64,000 nt of DNA, from the NCBI GenBank assembly GCA_963836755.1, contig CAWIKF010000002.1, forward strand, positions 1,760,001-1,824,000. Reading direction: 5' to 3'. The translations under genes were made by a program, and so were the position numbers. Each line of letters opens with the position of its first letter. Position 1 is the stretch's first letter. This stretch comes from an uncultured Verrucomicrobiae bacterium. GTDB lineage: Bacteria > Verrucomicrobiota > Verrucomicrobiia > Chthoniobacterales > Chthoniobacteraceae. Below the pieces are notes generated by a model. The model was not told the DNA's origin and did not search any database. It worked only from the letters and a program-made list of their open reading frames with translations. Of the stretch, positions 38,811 to 49,179 are shown in pieces.

Positions 38811-41231
38811 ATGCGTAAACAAGTCGCTGGCGCTTGTTTGGGCGCACTTTTTTTCTCACATGCTCAAGCAGCGCAGCAGATTTCCTATAACGAAACGATC
38901 CGGCCGATCTTTTTAAACAGTTGTTTGAACTGCCACAATCCCGACAAAAAAAAGGCGGGGCTCGATCTTTCAACTTATGACGCGGCGATGGACGGGAGCG
39001 ACACGGGCAAAGTGATCGAGCCGGGCGACACATCGAAAAGTCTCCTCTGGCGGTTGGTCACGCACGCGGAGGAGCCGACGATGCCGGCGAAAAGCGACAA
39101 GCTGGCCGACTCGCAACTCGATTTGATCCGCAAATGGATCGAAGCCGGCGCGCCTGAAAATTCCGGCAGCGTCGTCGCGAGCGCGTCGGCGCATCCGGGT
39201 CTCGCTGGGGCCGAGGTGGAATCGCGCCCGAGTGGGCCGCCGCCGATGCCGCACGATCTGCTGCTCGAGCCGATTGTGCATGCGGCGCGCGCGGGTGCGA
39301 TCGCGGCGCTGGCGGCGAGTCCGTGGGCACCATTGGTCGCGGTCGGTGGGCAAAAACAGGTGCTTCTCTATAACACCGACACGCTGGAGCTCGCCGCGAT
39401 CCTGCCGTTTCCCGAAGGTTTTCCCGACGTCCTGAAATTTACACGTGACGGCCGGCTCGTGCTCGCGGGCGGCGGCGTCGGCGCGAAGCTCGGGCGCGTG
39501 GTCGTGTGGGATGTGACGACTGGCGAGCGTGTGGCGGCGGTCGGCGAGGAATTCGATCAGGTGCTTGCTGCGGACATGAGCCCGGATCACACGCGGATAG
39601 CGCTCGGTGGGCCGAATCGGCTCGTGAAAATTTACTCCACGCGCGACGGCTCGCTGTTGCAAAAAATGAAAAAGCACACCGACTGGGTGACGGCGCTCGC
39701 GTTCACGCCGGACGGGAAATTTCTAGTCACTGGTGACCGCGCGGGCGGCCTGGTCATTTGGGATTCCGAAGGACGCGAAATGCAATCGATCAGCGCACAT
39801 CAAGCGGAGATCACCAGCGTCGTCTGCGTTGGAAAGACGGTCGCAACGGCAAGCGAAGATGGAAAAGTAAAATTTTGGGACATCAACGAAGGCAAGGAAA
39901 TCAAAAGCTGGCAGGCGCATCCGGGCGGTGTGACGGCGCTTGCCGCGGTGTCGGGCGGAGGTTTTGTCACCTGCGGGCGCGACCGCGTGGCGCGGCTTTG
40001 GGACTCGAATGGAAATCGGCTGCGCGAGTTTGAGCGGTTTCAAGATGTGGCGATGAAAGCCGCTGCCGCCAGCGGGAAAATCATCGCGGGCGATTGGACC
40101 GGCGCGCTGCGGGTCTGGACGCCGAATGGCCAGCGGATCGGCGACCTTGATGCGAATCCGCCGACTCTCGCCGAACACGTGAATGCTGCTGCGAAGCGGC
40201 TTGCGGAGCTTCAGCTTCAGATTGAAAACCTCGCTGCGCAGCGGAAAAAAATGGAGGATGAAGCGAGGAAAGCCGATGCTGATGTTCGCTCGGTGAACAT
40301 CGCAGTGAATGCGAAAGAGGAGCAGGTGAAAACAGGCGTTGCTCAAATTGCGTCGTTAAAAAAAGATGTGGCTGCTCGTTCTGCCGCTCTTCGGCAGGCG
40401 CAAAACGATTTTGCGCAACTCGATAAATCCCGCGCATCTCTGGAGGAAACGTTGACGCGCGCGAATGCGGCTCGCGATTCCGCCATTCGTGCTCAAGCAG
40501 ACTCGCAAAAAGAGCTGGAGAAAAAAGGCCAGGTTGTGACTGAGACGGCCGATGCAGAGCGCGCTGCTCAAGCTGCGGCCGATGTCTCGCCGGACGATCC
40601 GATCCTGACGGAGAAGGCTTCTCTGGCAAAAGCTTTTGCCGAAAAATCGGGGGAGGAGTTGGCCGCGGTGCGTAAGCTGACTTTAGCTCACGCGGCAGCT
40701 GTTCAACGTCTTAGCGGTGCTGCAGAGAAAGCAAGTTCGGCGGTAGTTGAAAAGCGCAAGTTAGTTGCAGATGCGAAAAAATCGATCGACGAAAAAAAGA
40801 TTTCGAGCGACGAGGCGCAGTCCCGCTTGGCGCAGGAAATCGTCGGCGCCGAAAAGGTTCGCGAGGAGCTAGCGGAGTTGAAAAAATCGATGCCAGAAAA
40901 AACCGAAAAGAACAGGGTTGGAGAAGTTGCGCTTGCCGTTGCGCGGCAAAAAGAAGAGACGGCGCAGAGACAACTTTCCGCCGCCGTCGCGGAGTTAAAA
41001 CATTGGAGAGCAGCGCAGGCGAATATCGCCCTTCACCGCGCGCAGGAAGAGCTCGATCGGCTTTTGGCGCAGCAAAAGCAGGATGTTCCCGTAGCACTTG
41101 CTGTCGCTGACGAAGCGGCGAAAAATCTAAACGCCGTGAATGCGAAAATAAAACAGCTTGAGGAAAACTACGCAGCTCTCAAGCAGCAGGAAGACGCCGC
41201 GCGCACGCTGACGTTGGCCTCAAAGAAATAA
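38811..41231 (+). CDS. Planctomycete cytochrome c domain + WD40 repeats + coiled coil
   Basis: SCLNCHN...WIEAGA, WD repeats ([13 protein letters not shown]), long Ala/Lys/Glu coiled-coil tail. Confidence 0.88.
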   Translation: MRKQVAGACLGALFFSHAQAAQQISYNETIRPIFLNSCLNCHNPDKKKAGLDLSTYDAAMDGSDTGKVIEPGDTSKSLLWRLVTHAEEPTMPAKSDKLADSQLDLIRKWIEAGAPENSGSVVASASAHPGLAGAEVESRPSGPPPMPHDLLLEPIVHAARAGAIAALAASPWAPLVAVGGQKQVLLYNTDTLELAAILPFPEGFPDVLKFTRDGRLVLAGGGVGAKLGRVVVWDVTTGERVAAVGEEFDQVLAADMSPDHTRIALGGPNRLVKIYSTRDGSLLQKMKKHTDWVTALAFTPDGKFLVTGDRAGGLVIWDSEGREMQSISAHQAEITSVVCVGKTVATASEDGKVKFWDINEGKEIKSWQAHPGGVTALAAVSGGGFVTCGRDRVARLWDSNGNRLREFERFQDVAMKAAAASGKIIAGDWTGALRVWTPNGQRIGDLDANPPTLAEHVNAAAKRLAELQLQIENLAAQRKKMEDEARKADADVRSVNIAVNAKEEQVKTGVAQIASLKKDVAARSAALRQAQNDFAQLDKSRASLEETLTRANAARDSAIRAQADSQKELEKKGQVVTETADAERAAQAAADVSPDDPILTEKASLAKAFAEKSGEELAAVRKLTLAHAAAVQRLSGAAEKASSAVVEKRKLVADAKKSIDEKKISSDEAQSRLAQEIVGAEKVREELAELKKSMPEKTEKNRVGEVALAVARQKEETAQRQLSAAVAELKHWRAAQANIALHRAQEELDRLLAQQKQDVPVALAVADEAAKNLNAVNAKIKQLEENYAALKQQEDAARTLTLASKK

Positions 41232-41259
41232 AGGCCGCCAAACGCGATGGCTGCCGGAG

Positions 41260-41694
41260 TTAATCCTTTTGCGGATTGAATTCTTCGTGCCCTTTGCGTT
41301 TGTCGATTTGGATTTCATCGAGCACTGCCTTCACTTCGTCGGTTTTCCCGTCGCGGATCGCTCCTTCGAGCTTGTCAAAATTGCCGAGCAGCTCGTCGAT
41401 CTTCTTTTTATACCCTGCAACGAATTCATCGCGTTTATCCGGAGCAATTTCCTTCATGTGCTCCGGCTCGAAAGTTTTCGCCTTTTCCGCATCTTGTTCC
41501 ATGTCCTTGACAAGTTTGATTGCGGCTTCTTTTTGAGCCGGGTCGTTGATCACGCGGCGGAGCTCGCGAAAGCTTTTAGCCATTTGTGACATCTGCTCGC
41601 CGAGCGGAGTCTTTGGTTTATCGCGCTCGGCGAAGACGTGGGCAATTGCGACGAGGAAGACGAGGAGCGAGATAGAATACCGTGGCAGTTTCAT
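41260..41694 (-). CDS. Cytochrome b562-like four-helix-bundle protein
   Basis: Signal peptide; LGEQM near the N-terminus and KRKGHEEF at the C-terminus match b562 Met/His ligand spacing. Confidence 0.7.
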   Translation of the reverse strand: MKLPRYSISLLVFLVAIAHVFAERDKPKTPLGEQMSQMAKSFRELRRVINDPAQKEAAIKLVKDMEQDAEKAKTFEPEHMKEIAPDKRDEFVAGYKKKIDELLGNFDKLEGAIRDGKTDEVKAVLDEIQIDKRKGHEEFNPQKD

Positions 41695-41782
41695 TCGAGA
41701 AGCTGCTACCGATGCCAGAAAAGAACTCGAGGTCAAGCGGCTTTGTGAGGCCAATGCCAAACGCTTTGTGCGAAGAGGAAGC

Positions 41783-41808
41783 GCGGATGGGGGGGGATTC
41801 GAACCCAC
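41783..41808 (-). other. tRNA 3'-end remnant (probably Ser), candidate att site of the adjacent element
   Basis: Minus strand GTGGGTTCGAATCCCCCCCCATCCGC = T-arm plus acceptor strand with discriminator G; no 5' half; ~130 bp downstream of the integrase. Confidence 0.7.
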
Positions 41809-41935
41809 TCGGCATTGCTATCGAAAGCGGCACTTTGGGCGCGCATGAGCCGTTTCACTCTGGCGAACATCAATTTGGGCCCGCTTGCGGCTTCCGATGA
41901 GGCGCGGTCATCGTCCCGCGCGTTGCTACGGTTTG

Positions 41936-43312
41936 TTACACCGCTTTTCGGAAAGCGACGATCTTCTCGGCCGTGCGCGGCGGGTAGATCGCGAACCATG
42001 CTCGCGCTTGGCTGGCAGGGCGCGGATTGCGATAGTGCTGGTGGACCATTGCGGGGCTGTTGCCCATTTCGTCCGCGAGCTGCTGGATGTTTTTGATGAT
42101 GCTCGCGCGATAGCTTCCGTAGCTGTGTCGGAGCGCGTTGTTCTTCCACCTAAACTGGGTCAAAAGGTCAGGCTGCGCATCCGGAGAGATTGCGTTCATC
42201 TCAAGCTGAATCGGCCGCTCGGTCCTGAGCCGCGGCGCTTCCTGCAGAGCTTTGTTGATAGCGCGCTCGAGGTGCCCGTTTTTTCCGAACTCGCGATCTG
42301 AACGTTCCGCCTTCGCGATTGGTCCGCGTGCATTTTCTTCACGCCACGGCCGCAGCCATTCAAACGCGTTGTCGTGAATCGGCACGATGCGCTTGCGGCC
42401 GGTTTTCGCCGTTTCTGCGCGCACGTAAATCTCGCGCTCCTGCCAATCGAAATCTTCCCACCGAAGCGGGTCTTTGCTGCGGCCCGCGTCTTTCGCGCGG
42501 CAAAGCTCGCCGGTGCGGATGCCGGCGAAGCATGCGAGCACGACGAACGGTTTCCAGTCCTCGCTGATGTGCTCGAGGATCAGGCGCATTTCGCCGATCG
42601 TGAAATAGCTGATTTCGCTGAGGCCTCGATCGATGGTGGGAACGCGACGCGCAGCGCTGATTTCATCGGGCAAATATCCGCGGAGTCTGGCGAACTGGAA
42701 AAGGTGACGAATCTCGGCGAGCACATTGTCGCGGCGCCGCGGTCCGCAGGCCAGCGCCTCGAGATGCCGCTCGATCTGCGCGGTGGAAATCTCGCGAATG
42801 TCTTTTGTAAAACATTCTGCAAATCTTGTTAACGTTCGCTCGAGGCCGCGGCGATAGCGTCCATTGAGATCTTGCGGCGCTTTGCTGTTCAGGAGCTCCT
42901 GAACAATTTCCGGAACTAGATGTTGCTCTCGCGCGAGCGATCGCACGCCGGCGTCCACGATCTCAAGAAAGCTGTGCCGCGTGCCGTGGATCTTGGCGCG
43001 GGCCTGCGCCCATTCCGAAGTGGCCGCGTGGACGGAAAGGCCAAAAGGTGCAGTGTCGCGCTTCGCTTGTGCGTAGCTCGCGCGGTCTGCCGCCACGAAG
43101 GATTCCGCTTCAGCTCCTCCATTGTGCAGTTCGCGCGCGCGCCGCTCCGCTTCTTCGCGCGCTTCGGTGGGATCGGTAAAGGGACGCAACCAACGGCTTC
43201 CATCCGGACGCCTGTCCACGAGCATAATGCGACCGTCGCCGAGTTTATAACGCGGAATGGTAACAGAACCAACCTTGACGGGTGGCAACGCCTTTTGCTT
43301 TCGACGCGCCAT
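41936..43312 (-). CDS. Tyrosine recombinase / phage integrase
   Basis: GIRTGEL (R), AKTGRKR (K), NALRHSYGSY, EMGNS...HQHY (Y). Confidence 0.93.
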   Translation of the reverse strand: MARRKQKALPPVKVGSVTIPRYKLGDGRIMLVDRRPDGSRWLRPFTDPTEAREEAERRARELHNGGAEAESFVAADRASYAQAKRDTAPFGLSVHAATSEWAQARAKIHGTRHSFLEIVDAGVRSLAREQHLVPEIVQELLNSKAPQDLNGRYRRGLERTLTRFAECFTKDIREISTAQIERHLEALACGPRRRDNVLAEIRHLFQFARLRGYLPDEISAARRVPTIDRGLSEISYFTIGEMRLILEHISEDWKPFVVLACFAGIRTGELCRAKDAGRSKDPLRWEDFDWQEREIYVRAETAKTGRKRIVPIHDNAFEWLRPWREENARGPIAKAERSDREFGKNGHLERAINKALQEAPRLRTERPIQLEMNAISPDAQPDLLTQFRWKNNALRHSYGSYRASIIKNIQQLADEMGNSPAMVHQHYRNPRPASQARAWFAIYPPRTAEKIVAFRKAV

Positions 43313-43903
43313 CTACTGAGCCCGATTTTTGAGGTATTCGAGCGCCTTGTCTTTGCTCGCGGTGAATTTGCGATAGCGCCTCTCTCCGTCATCCACGGTC
43401 CCGACGAGATAAACCTGAAGGCAAAGAACCTGGTCGCTCAATAAATTGTCAGTAGGCAAATCCTGAATGATTGCCCAAATCCGAGAGGCCTTGACCGAGT
43501 CCATGCGGAAGCCGTCTGGAAACCAATTCACGCGGTTCGTTTCGGGATCGAGGCTGGCATCTGCGAACATCCATTTCGTTTTCGTCACGAAATCGAGCCC
43601 AACGTTTTTATTCTCGATCAGCGGTTCGCCGAGCGTTACCAGTCCTTCGATTTCGTTTTTCCTGATGAGGCTCGTTTCAGCCTCCACGCCGAAGCTTATC
43701 TTTTCCAGTTCCTTGTCGAATCTGGCTCGCTCCGCGGCTTCGTTTTGCGCCTGTAGACTGTGCTGATATTGCTGCTGGCGTTGCAGCGCGATCCGTTGCC
43801 TCAGCGCTTCAATCTGCGGCGTGGTGCTCTGCCCGAAGACCGTCGATCCGAAGAGCAAACAGAGTGTGAAACAAGGGAAGTGCTTTTTGATTTTGTTTAA
43901 CAT
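43313..43903 (-). CDS. Hypothetical exported protein between repressor and integrase
   Basis: ATG 43903; signal-like FTLCLLFGSTVFG; Gln-rich helix. Confidence 0.65.
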   Translation of the reverse strand: MLNKIKKHFPCFTLCLLFGSTVFGQSTTPQIEALRQRIALQRQQQYQHSLQAQNEAAERARFDKELEKISFGVEAETSLIRKNEIEGLVTLGEPLIENKNVGLDFVTKTKWMFADASLDPETNRVNWFPDGFRMDSVKASRIWAIIQDLPTDNLLSDQVLCLQVYLVGTVDDGERRYRKFTASKDKALEYLKNRAQ

Positions 43904-43908
43904 CGTTT

Positions 43909-44529
43909 TCAATGCTTTTTTGAGCGCGGTTTTCCTTTTTCGCCTTGTAACTCGGCGCGGCTTTTTGTGACCCGCGATAGTCGATTTTTTTTCTGAGCCG
44001 CGGCGGGTTGGTCCAGGGGAGAGGAAGTTGAGGATGAAGGTGGGGCGGAGGTTCGGACAAATTGCGCAGGGACACTTTGGACGGGGATGTTTTCGTGCGG
44101 CCATATTTCCTTTCGCGGGATCCCAAGCAGCGACGCGAATTCGTCAATGAAACCAATGACGTGCTCATTGCTCTTGGCTTCCACGACGAGAGCCTCGATC
44201 TGGTTGCGGAACTTTTTCGGCAGTGTGTTGATTTGAGAAAAAGAGATCGCGCCGGGATCAGACACGGACTTAACCGCGAGCTTCCCGCGCCATTCCTTCG
44301 GCGTTTCGTCAGTAAGATGAGCGATGATGATGCGTCGAGCGTCAGATTCCTCTAATCCAGGGATGATCCGGGAAAGTGAAGCGGAGTCCGGTCTCGTTCT
44401 CTCCACCAGATAACTCGATAGAGTGGAGAGGGGCATATCCACTCGATCCGCGAACATCTTCTGCGTGACTCCGCTCGTCTTTTTCATCCGCTCCAACACG
44501 TCGTTAAAGGCAACTGTGAAATGACTCAT
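43909..44529 (-). CDS. XRE-family HTH repressor (CI-like)
   Basis: VTQKMFADRVDMPLSTLSSYLVERTRP HTH; divergent from the early genes. Confidence 0.75.
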   Translation of the reverse strand: MSHFTVAFNDVLERMKKTSGVTQKMFADRVDMPLSTLSSYLVERTRPDSASLSRIIPGLEESDARRIIIAHLTDETPKEWRGKLAVKSVSDPGAISFSQINTLPKKFRNQIEALVVEAKSNEHVIGFIDEFASLLGIPRKEIWPHENIPVQSVPAQFVRTSAPPSSSTSSPLDQPAAAQKKNRLSRVTKSRAELQGEKGKPRSKKH

Positions 44530-44534
44530 GCGGG

Positions 44535-44606
44535 CTTTGTAAAGCATTTACACAAATTGCGCAATTATTTCGTTGACATAAATATTCGTATTGCGTAAAT
44601 ACGCGA
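44535..44606. promoter_or_regulatory. Divergent promoter/operator region
   Basis: TTGACA at 44573 with TAAATA 17 bp later; palindromes TGTAAA-GCA-TTTACA and AATTGCGCAATT; AT-rich. Confidence 0.65.
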
Positions 44607-44798
44607 ATGATGGAAACGAAAACGACAATTGAAGCCGAGATTGCATTGAAAAAGACATTTCTGCGGGCCGCGCTTGCGATTTCCGGCAGCGCGAATTCTT
44701 CGCCGGAAGCGACGAAGGTTGCGGGCAATGAGGCCGCTCGCCTCAAAAGCGAAATCGCTGCACTCGAACAGGAGCAACTGGCGGCGGCGGCGGCCTAG
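44607..44798 (+). CDS. Small hypothetical early protein
   Basis: 63-aa ORF directly after the promoter, in the Cro position; no clear HTH. Confidence 0.55.
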   Translation: MMETKTTIEAEIALKKTFLRAALAISGSANSSPEATKVAGNEAARLKSEIAALEQEQLAAAAA

Positions 44799-44824
44799 CG
44801 ATTTAAAAGATCGTTCGCCAGACG

Positions 44825-45175
44825 ATGAACCTTCAAATCGAGCAAAGCGAAGTTTTCGCACGCGAACTGGCGCGCTCGCTCGTCGCGGAGATGACGACCG
44901 CGCAGCGGGTCGAACTTTGCCGCGAGCTGATGGATGAAGGGATCCGCCGCGAGCTGGTGCGCGAACTCTCACTCATCAGCGCCGAGGAAGGCGGTGTGAT
45001 GGTGCGTTGGACGGAAGCGGGATTTCGCCGCGTTGCCACGCGCGAGAATTGTCCGGCGATCAAACTCGGCCACAAGCAGCCCGAGCTTTTTCAACTGCGG
45101 GACGTCGCGTCGATGTTCGAACGACTGAAGCTGTGGCCGAAAGGGAAACCCGTGGAGCTGAAAGAGGTCGCATGA
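44825..45175 (+). CDS. Excisionase/AlpA-like DNA-binding protein (putative)
   Basis: LISAEEGG...FRR...PAIKLG...LFQLRDV resembles a Xis-type winged helix; position supports this. Confidence 0.5.
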   Translation: MNLQIEQSEVFARELARSLVAEMTTAQRVELCRELMDEGIRRELVRELSLISAEEGGVMVRWTEAGFRRVATRENCPAIKLGHKQPELFQLRDVASMFERLKLWPKGKPVELKEVA

Positions 45176-45333
45176 AATTCTCGATCATCCTTCGCGACGA
45201 CACGAAACCCGACGGCAGACAATCAAAGGAAATCGCGCGTGCTTGCGACCTTGATAATGCCGTCATCGTGGCGTGGGCGATCTACGGGAAGAACCGCAAA
45301 AACCACGGAAATCCGAATGAACGCTTTGTTTAA
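45172..45333 (+). CDS. Small hypothetical protein
   Basis: ATGA-coupled 53-aa ORF MKFSIILRDD... Confidence 0.45.
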   Translation: MKFSIILRDDTKPDGRQSKEIARACDLDNAVIVAWAIYGKNRKNHGNPNERFV

Positions 45334-45337
45334 CAAC

Positions 45338-45385
45338 CAAAAACGGGAAGAGCCAACCCGCACAAAAACCGGCCGCTAAAATAAA
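45338..45385 (+). promoter_or_regulatory. Conserved leader motif, copy 1 (variant)
   Basis: CAAAAACGGGAAGAGCCAACCCGCACAAAAACCGGCCGCTAAAATAAA then ATG. Confidence 0.55.
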
Positions 45386-45865
45386 ATGCAAACGTCGCCA
45401 GACGCCCTTCAAAACGCCACCGGCCCAGCGCCGCAAAAAAGGGGAACACGCAAACAGCGTTACGTTCCAAATTCAAATCGTCCCGTTCGGCTTCGCGTGA
45501 AGCTTTCGCGCCGGATGGAAGTCGTCATCGAGGCTTATTGGGATCAATGGTTTGCCGACCTTTATCCTTGGCCGTCGCCAACTGTGTCGAACGCAGTGAG
45601 GACGCGGCTCATCGCTTACAAGCTCGACGATGATCGCGCTCGCATTGCTCGGCGGCGCAAATGCGAGTCTTACTTCAACCTGCTTTCAATTGGTGTGGGT
45701 GATTTATTTTCCGCGCTCAAATTGAGCGATAAACTCAGGGCCGCGGAGAATCGCGCAAGGAAATATTTCTACGATCTAAACCCGACACAGCACATCCGTC
45801 ACGGTCTCTGCTTCGCGTGGTGGGATAAATACTACCGTCCGAACGGCTCATGGAGGAAAGCATGA
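45386..45865 (+). CDS. Hypothetical basic protein
   Basis: 159-aa ORF in the early operon. Confidence 0.6.
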   Translation: MQTSPDALQNATGPAPQKRGTRKQRYVPNSNRPVRLRVKLSRRMEVVIEAYWDQWFADLYPWPSPTVSNAVRTRLIAYKLDDDRARIARRRKCESYFNLLSIGVGDLFSALKLSDKLRAAENRARKYFYDLNPTQHIRHGLCFAWWDKYYRPNGSWRKA

Positions 45866-46087
45866 AAAAGTTCCTCGGCATTTCTTTTCACCGCGTTGTC
45901 GCTCGTTTCGTTTTTCTGCGCTGTTGGTTTTTGGAAGAAAGGTTCCAGCGATTGGAGTTATTACATTTTGGTCGCGGCCTGATGTCATCGTGGGACTTTG
46001 GCTCGCATGGACCGCGTGGGATTTTTTTCTGCGCATCGACCTGGATAAGCTGCGCGAGGAAGCGGACGCAAAGAAAGGTCGCCAGCC

Positions 46088-46342
46088 ATGACGATCTACG
46101 AATGCCCAGCGTGTGAGAAAGGGTTTTCCGGCCACATTCTGCGCGTTCATCTATGCAGTGGGCTGGACGACGCGAAACTGACTGCGCCGCAATATCTCGC
46201 GGCGCTGGAGATCGAGCATGTGAAGCGGCAGATGCTCAAGCTCGCGAACAAGCGCTCGGCCGCCGCTCGGTTGGGCGAGCTGCGCGAGGAGCTGAAGGAG
46301 CTGTTGACGCATTTTCCGAAAGTTGAGGAGGCAAAGCGATGA
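46088..46342 (+). CDS. Hypothetical protein with CxxC...HxC (possible Zn finger)
   Basis: YECPACEKGF...HLC; ATGA coupling to the next gene. Confidence 0.6.
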   Translation: MTIYECPACEKGFSGHILRVHLCSGLDDAKLTAPQYLAALEIEHVKRQMLKLANKRSAAARLGELREELKELLTHFPKVEEAKR

Positions 46343-46653
46343 GCGCGAAAAAGCCGCCTGTTAAACAATCGGTGGAATCTCTCATCGCGGAGATTCGAGC
46401 CAGCTTGGAAGTTATCAAAAGCAATCTGGCGTGGCTCATCAAGGCAGACCAGCGCTTCGTAATCGGTCAGCGCGTCGTGTTCAGTAACAAGGCTCGGCAG
46501 CAATTTATCGCCCGCGGGAAGCGAGCCAAATTGAAGGGAACTGTAAGAGGAGTCGATTTATTCTCGATCGAGGTCCAGCTCGATGGCGTGAAGCGGAAGC
46601 GTAGCTATCACCACAGCTTTTTCAACCCGGTCTCAGGGCCGAAACTTTTTTGA
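46339..46653 (+). CDS. Hypothetical protein
   Basis: GAGGAGG Shine-Dalgarno; translationally coupled; SH3/KOW-like C-terminal half (IGQRVVF). Confidence 0.6.
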   Translation: MSAKKPPVKQSVESLIAEIRASLEVIKSNLAWLIKADQRFVIGQRVVFSNKARQQFIARGKRAKLKGTVRGVDLFSIEVQLDGVKRKRSYHHSFFNPVSGPKLF

Positions 46654-48476
46654 AAATGAGCGACGACCTGCGCCTTTCAAAATCGCTTTCGCTGCCGATC
46701 GATGCGGTCACGCAGAAATTCGCGATCCTCGGCCGCACCGGCTCGGGCAAGAGCTATTGCGCGACGAAGCTTTGCGAGCTGATGCTGGATAAGCACGCCC
46801 AGGTGATCGCGCTCGATCCGGTCGGCGTCTGGTATGGGTTGCGCGTTGGCGGGCATTACTCGATCCCGATCTTCGGCGGGTTACATGGCGACGTGCCGCT
46901 GGAATCAAACGCCGGCGAGTTCATCGCGAACTTGATTGTCGATCGGGGACTGAGTGCCGTGCTCGATGTCTCGCAATTCCTCGGCGGCGAACAGGCGAAG
47001 TTTGCCTACGATTTCGCTACGCGATTTTTCTTTCGCAAAAAATCGTCACCGGGCGCGGTGCACCTGTTTGTGGAGGAGTGTCAGGAGTTCGTCCCGCAGA
47101 ACATTTCGGGAGGAGCTCGAGGCGGATTCGAGACGCGGATGCTGAATGCTTTTGAGCGATTGATAAAGCTAGGCCGCAACTTCGGAATCGGCGCGACGCT
47201 CATCTCGCAGCGGCCGCAGGAAGTGAACAAGAAAGCGCTCAACCAGGCTGAGTGCATGCTGGCTTTCCAGATGACCGGTCCGCAGGAGCGCAAAGCCGTG
47301 TCGCTATGGGTTGCCGACAAAGCCGGAAGCCAGGATGTCATCGACACGCTTCCGAAATTGAAGGTCGGTCAATGCCAGGTCTGGAGTCCGCAGTGGTTGC
47401 ACGTCAGCGATACAATTGAGATCGCGGCGAAAAAGAGCGCCGATGTTTCCAGCACACCTAGCGCGGGTGATCACTCCAAACGCGTGGAGTTGAAGGAACT
47501 TTCGGAAGACGAGCTGAGCGCGCTGGCGAAGGACATGGCGGAAACAGTGGAGCGCGCAAAGGCTGAGGATCCGCGCGAGCTGAGGCGCGAAATCGCGCTT
47601 TTAAAAAAACGTGAGTCGGAGCTGATTAAAGCGAATGCCGATCTCGGCCTGATGGCTGTCGAGATTACATCCAAGGAAGTGCCGGTTTTGAAGGATGGGC
47701 AGCTAGCGCGGCTTGAAAGTGCAACAACTGCGCTCGGCAAGCTGCTGACTGTGCAAATCGAACGTCTCGATGCTGCGAACGAGACATTTTCAAAAAACGT
47801 CCGCGAGATTCTCGATCGCTTCGGAGAAACACTTATCCCGCTCCGTGAGGCACTTTCGAAATTGCAGCCAAAGAGTGCAATTTCAACTCTAGTTTTGCGG
47901 AAGCCGCCGATCGTGGCCGCTCGCGAAGAAGCCGCGCCCCTCAAACGAGGCGAGTCGGTGCCGGCCGCTAATGGTGATGGAAGCGGTGTCAGTGCGCCGC
48001 AACAGCGCATCCTCGACGCGCTCGCGAGTTTGGAAAGCTTGGGCCTGCGCGACCTGGATAAGTCGAACGTCGCGGTTTTTGCCGATGCTTCGCCGCGCTC
48101 GAGCGCCTATCAGAACAATGTCAGCCGACTGCGCACGCTCGGGCTGGTCGACTATCCACAACAAGGCCGCGTGAGCCTTACCGATCAAGGTCGCCAACAA
48201 GCCCAATCCAACGGGACGGTGCTAACTCTCGAAGGTCTGCACAACGCTTGGTTTGCCAAACTTCCCGCGCCAAAGGTGCGGATTCTCAAGGAAGTCATCG
48301 GCCTTTATCCGAACCCGATCGGGAAAGCGCCGCTCGCAGACCTTTCCGGCATGTCGCCTTTGTCGAGCGCCTATCAAAACAATGTGAGCAACCTGCGTTC
48401 ACTCGGACTCATCGACTATCCGCAGCAAGGCTACGTCGTAGCCACAGAGCTGCTTTTCCCGCCGTCACTTTCATGA
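46650..48476 (+). CDS. HerA/FtsK-like (DUF87) ATPase with coiled coil and two C-terminal winged-helix-like repeats
   Basis: Walker A GRTGSGKS, ALDPVG, Walker B LFVEECQEF, GRNFGIG, ISQRP. Confidence 0.85.
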   Translation: MKMSDDLRLSKSLSLPIDAVTQKFAILGRTGSGKSYCATKLCELMLDKHAQVIALDPVGVWYGLRVGGHYSIPIFGGLHGDVPLESNAGEFIANLIVDRGLSAVLDVSQFLGGEQAKFAYDFATRFFFRKKSSPGAVHLFVEECQEFVPQNISGGARGGFETRMLNAFERLIKLGRNFGIGATLISQRPQEVNKKALNQAECMLAFQMTGPQERKAVSLWVADKAGSQDVIDTLPKLKVGQCQVWSPQWLHVSDTIEIAAKKSADVSSTPSAGDHSKRVELKELSEDELSALAKDMAETVERAKAEDPRELRREIALLKKRESELIKANADLGLMAVEITSKEVPVLKDGQLARLESATTALGKLLTVQIERLDAANETFSKNVREILDRFGETLIPLREALSKLQPKSAISTLVLRKPPIVAAREEAAPLKRGESVPAANGDGSGVSAPQQRILDALASLESLGLRDLDKSNVAVFADASPRSSAYQNNVSRLRTLGLVDYPQQGRVSLTDQGRQQAQSNGTVLTLEGLHNAWFAKLPAPKVRILKEVIGLYPNPIGKAPLADLSGMSPLSSAYQNNVSNLRSLGLIDYPQQGYVVATELLFPPSLS

Positions 48477-48877
48477 GCCTTACCCGCACAATCAAAGTTT
48501 CAGTCTCGGCATCGGGAAAAGGTCTCACGACGGAACGCCTCACTTTTGAGACCAGTCCTTTTCCCAACGAAAAGGCTCTGGCCGTTTATCACAAAATTTC
48601 TCGCTGCGCGATCGCGCTGGCGAACGGGAAAAAAATTCCCGATGACCTCGAGAACCTTGCATCCACCTCGGCCGCCGCCGCTCAGGGCAGTGCGCACAGC
48701 CACGCATCATGCGCGTCCGGGTTGGATGCAGATCTTCTCGGCGCAGCGGCGAATGTCCTGCACCTGATCGAAAACCGAGTCGCGCTCGATGAGCTGCGCG
48801 ACGCGCCGTGTTATCGGGAGCTCTTTGCGCGAGTGAAAGCCGTGCAATCGGAAAGCGAGGGGATGCCTATTCGATAA
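48473..48877 (+). CDS. Hypothetical protein
   Basis: ATGA-coupled start MSLTRTIKV. Confidence 0.55.
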   Translation: MSLTRTIKVSVSASGKGLTTERLTFETSPFPNEKALAVYHKISRCAIALANGKKIPDDLENLASTSAAAAQGSAHSHASCASGLDADLLGAAANVLHLIENRVALDELRDAPCYRELFARVKAVQSESEGMPIR

Positions 48878-48918
48878 CGAACACAAAAATTCCGCGTTGC
48901 CCATAGGGGGAAAACAAA

Positions 48919-48950
48919 GCGCCGCGGCGGAGTCAGATCCGCCGCGGCGC
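48919..48950 (-). terminator. 13-bp GC hairpin, terminator-like on the minus strand
   Basis: GCGCCGCGGCGGA-GTCAGA-TCCGCCGCGGCGC preceded on plus by AAAACAAA. Confidence 0.5.
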
Positions 48951-48972
48951 AATCCCAAGTCACTTAGTCAAC

Positions 48973-49179
48973 ATGCAAATGACGTTTTACAACTCACATA
49001 CTTTTAGAGAAATCGCAACTTTGCTCCGCACCGAGCCTGTTGCTGGCGGTGTCGAGATCCTGCACGTCTATGGCGCGGACGGGCGGAAGCTACGTGATTT
49101 TGTCGGCCGCCGATCGACGTTGCGGGCACTAGCCGCGCAGCGTTTCGCCGGCGTCCGGCGCGTGGAAGGAAAGGCATGA
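48973..49179 (+). CDS. Hypothetical protein
   Basis: 68 aa; ATGA-coupled to the next gene. Confidence 0.5.
   Translation: MQMTFYNSHTFREIATLLRTEPVAGGVEILHVYGADGRKLRDFVGRRSTLRALAAQRFAGVRRVEGKA

Noticed and set aside
41768..41808. Intact tRNA gene
   Set aside because: Only the T-arm and 3' acceptor strand are present; no D-arm, anticodon arm or 5' strand found
41936..43312. This integrase as the IntI of the cassette array
   Set aside because: It is 25 kb away beyond core genes, sits next to a tRNA remnant and repressor, and shows no recognisable IntI-specific motifs
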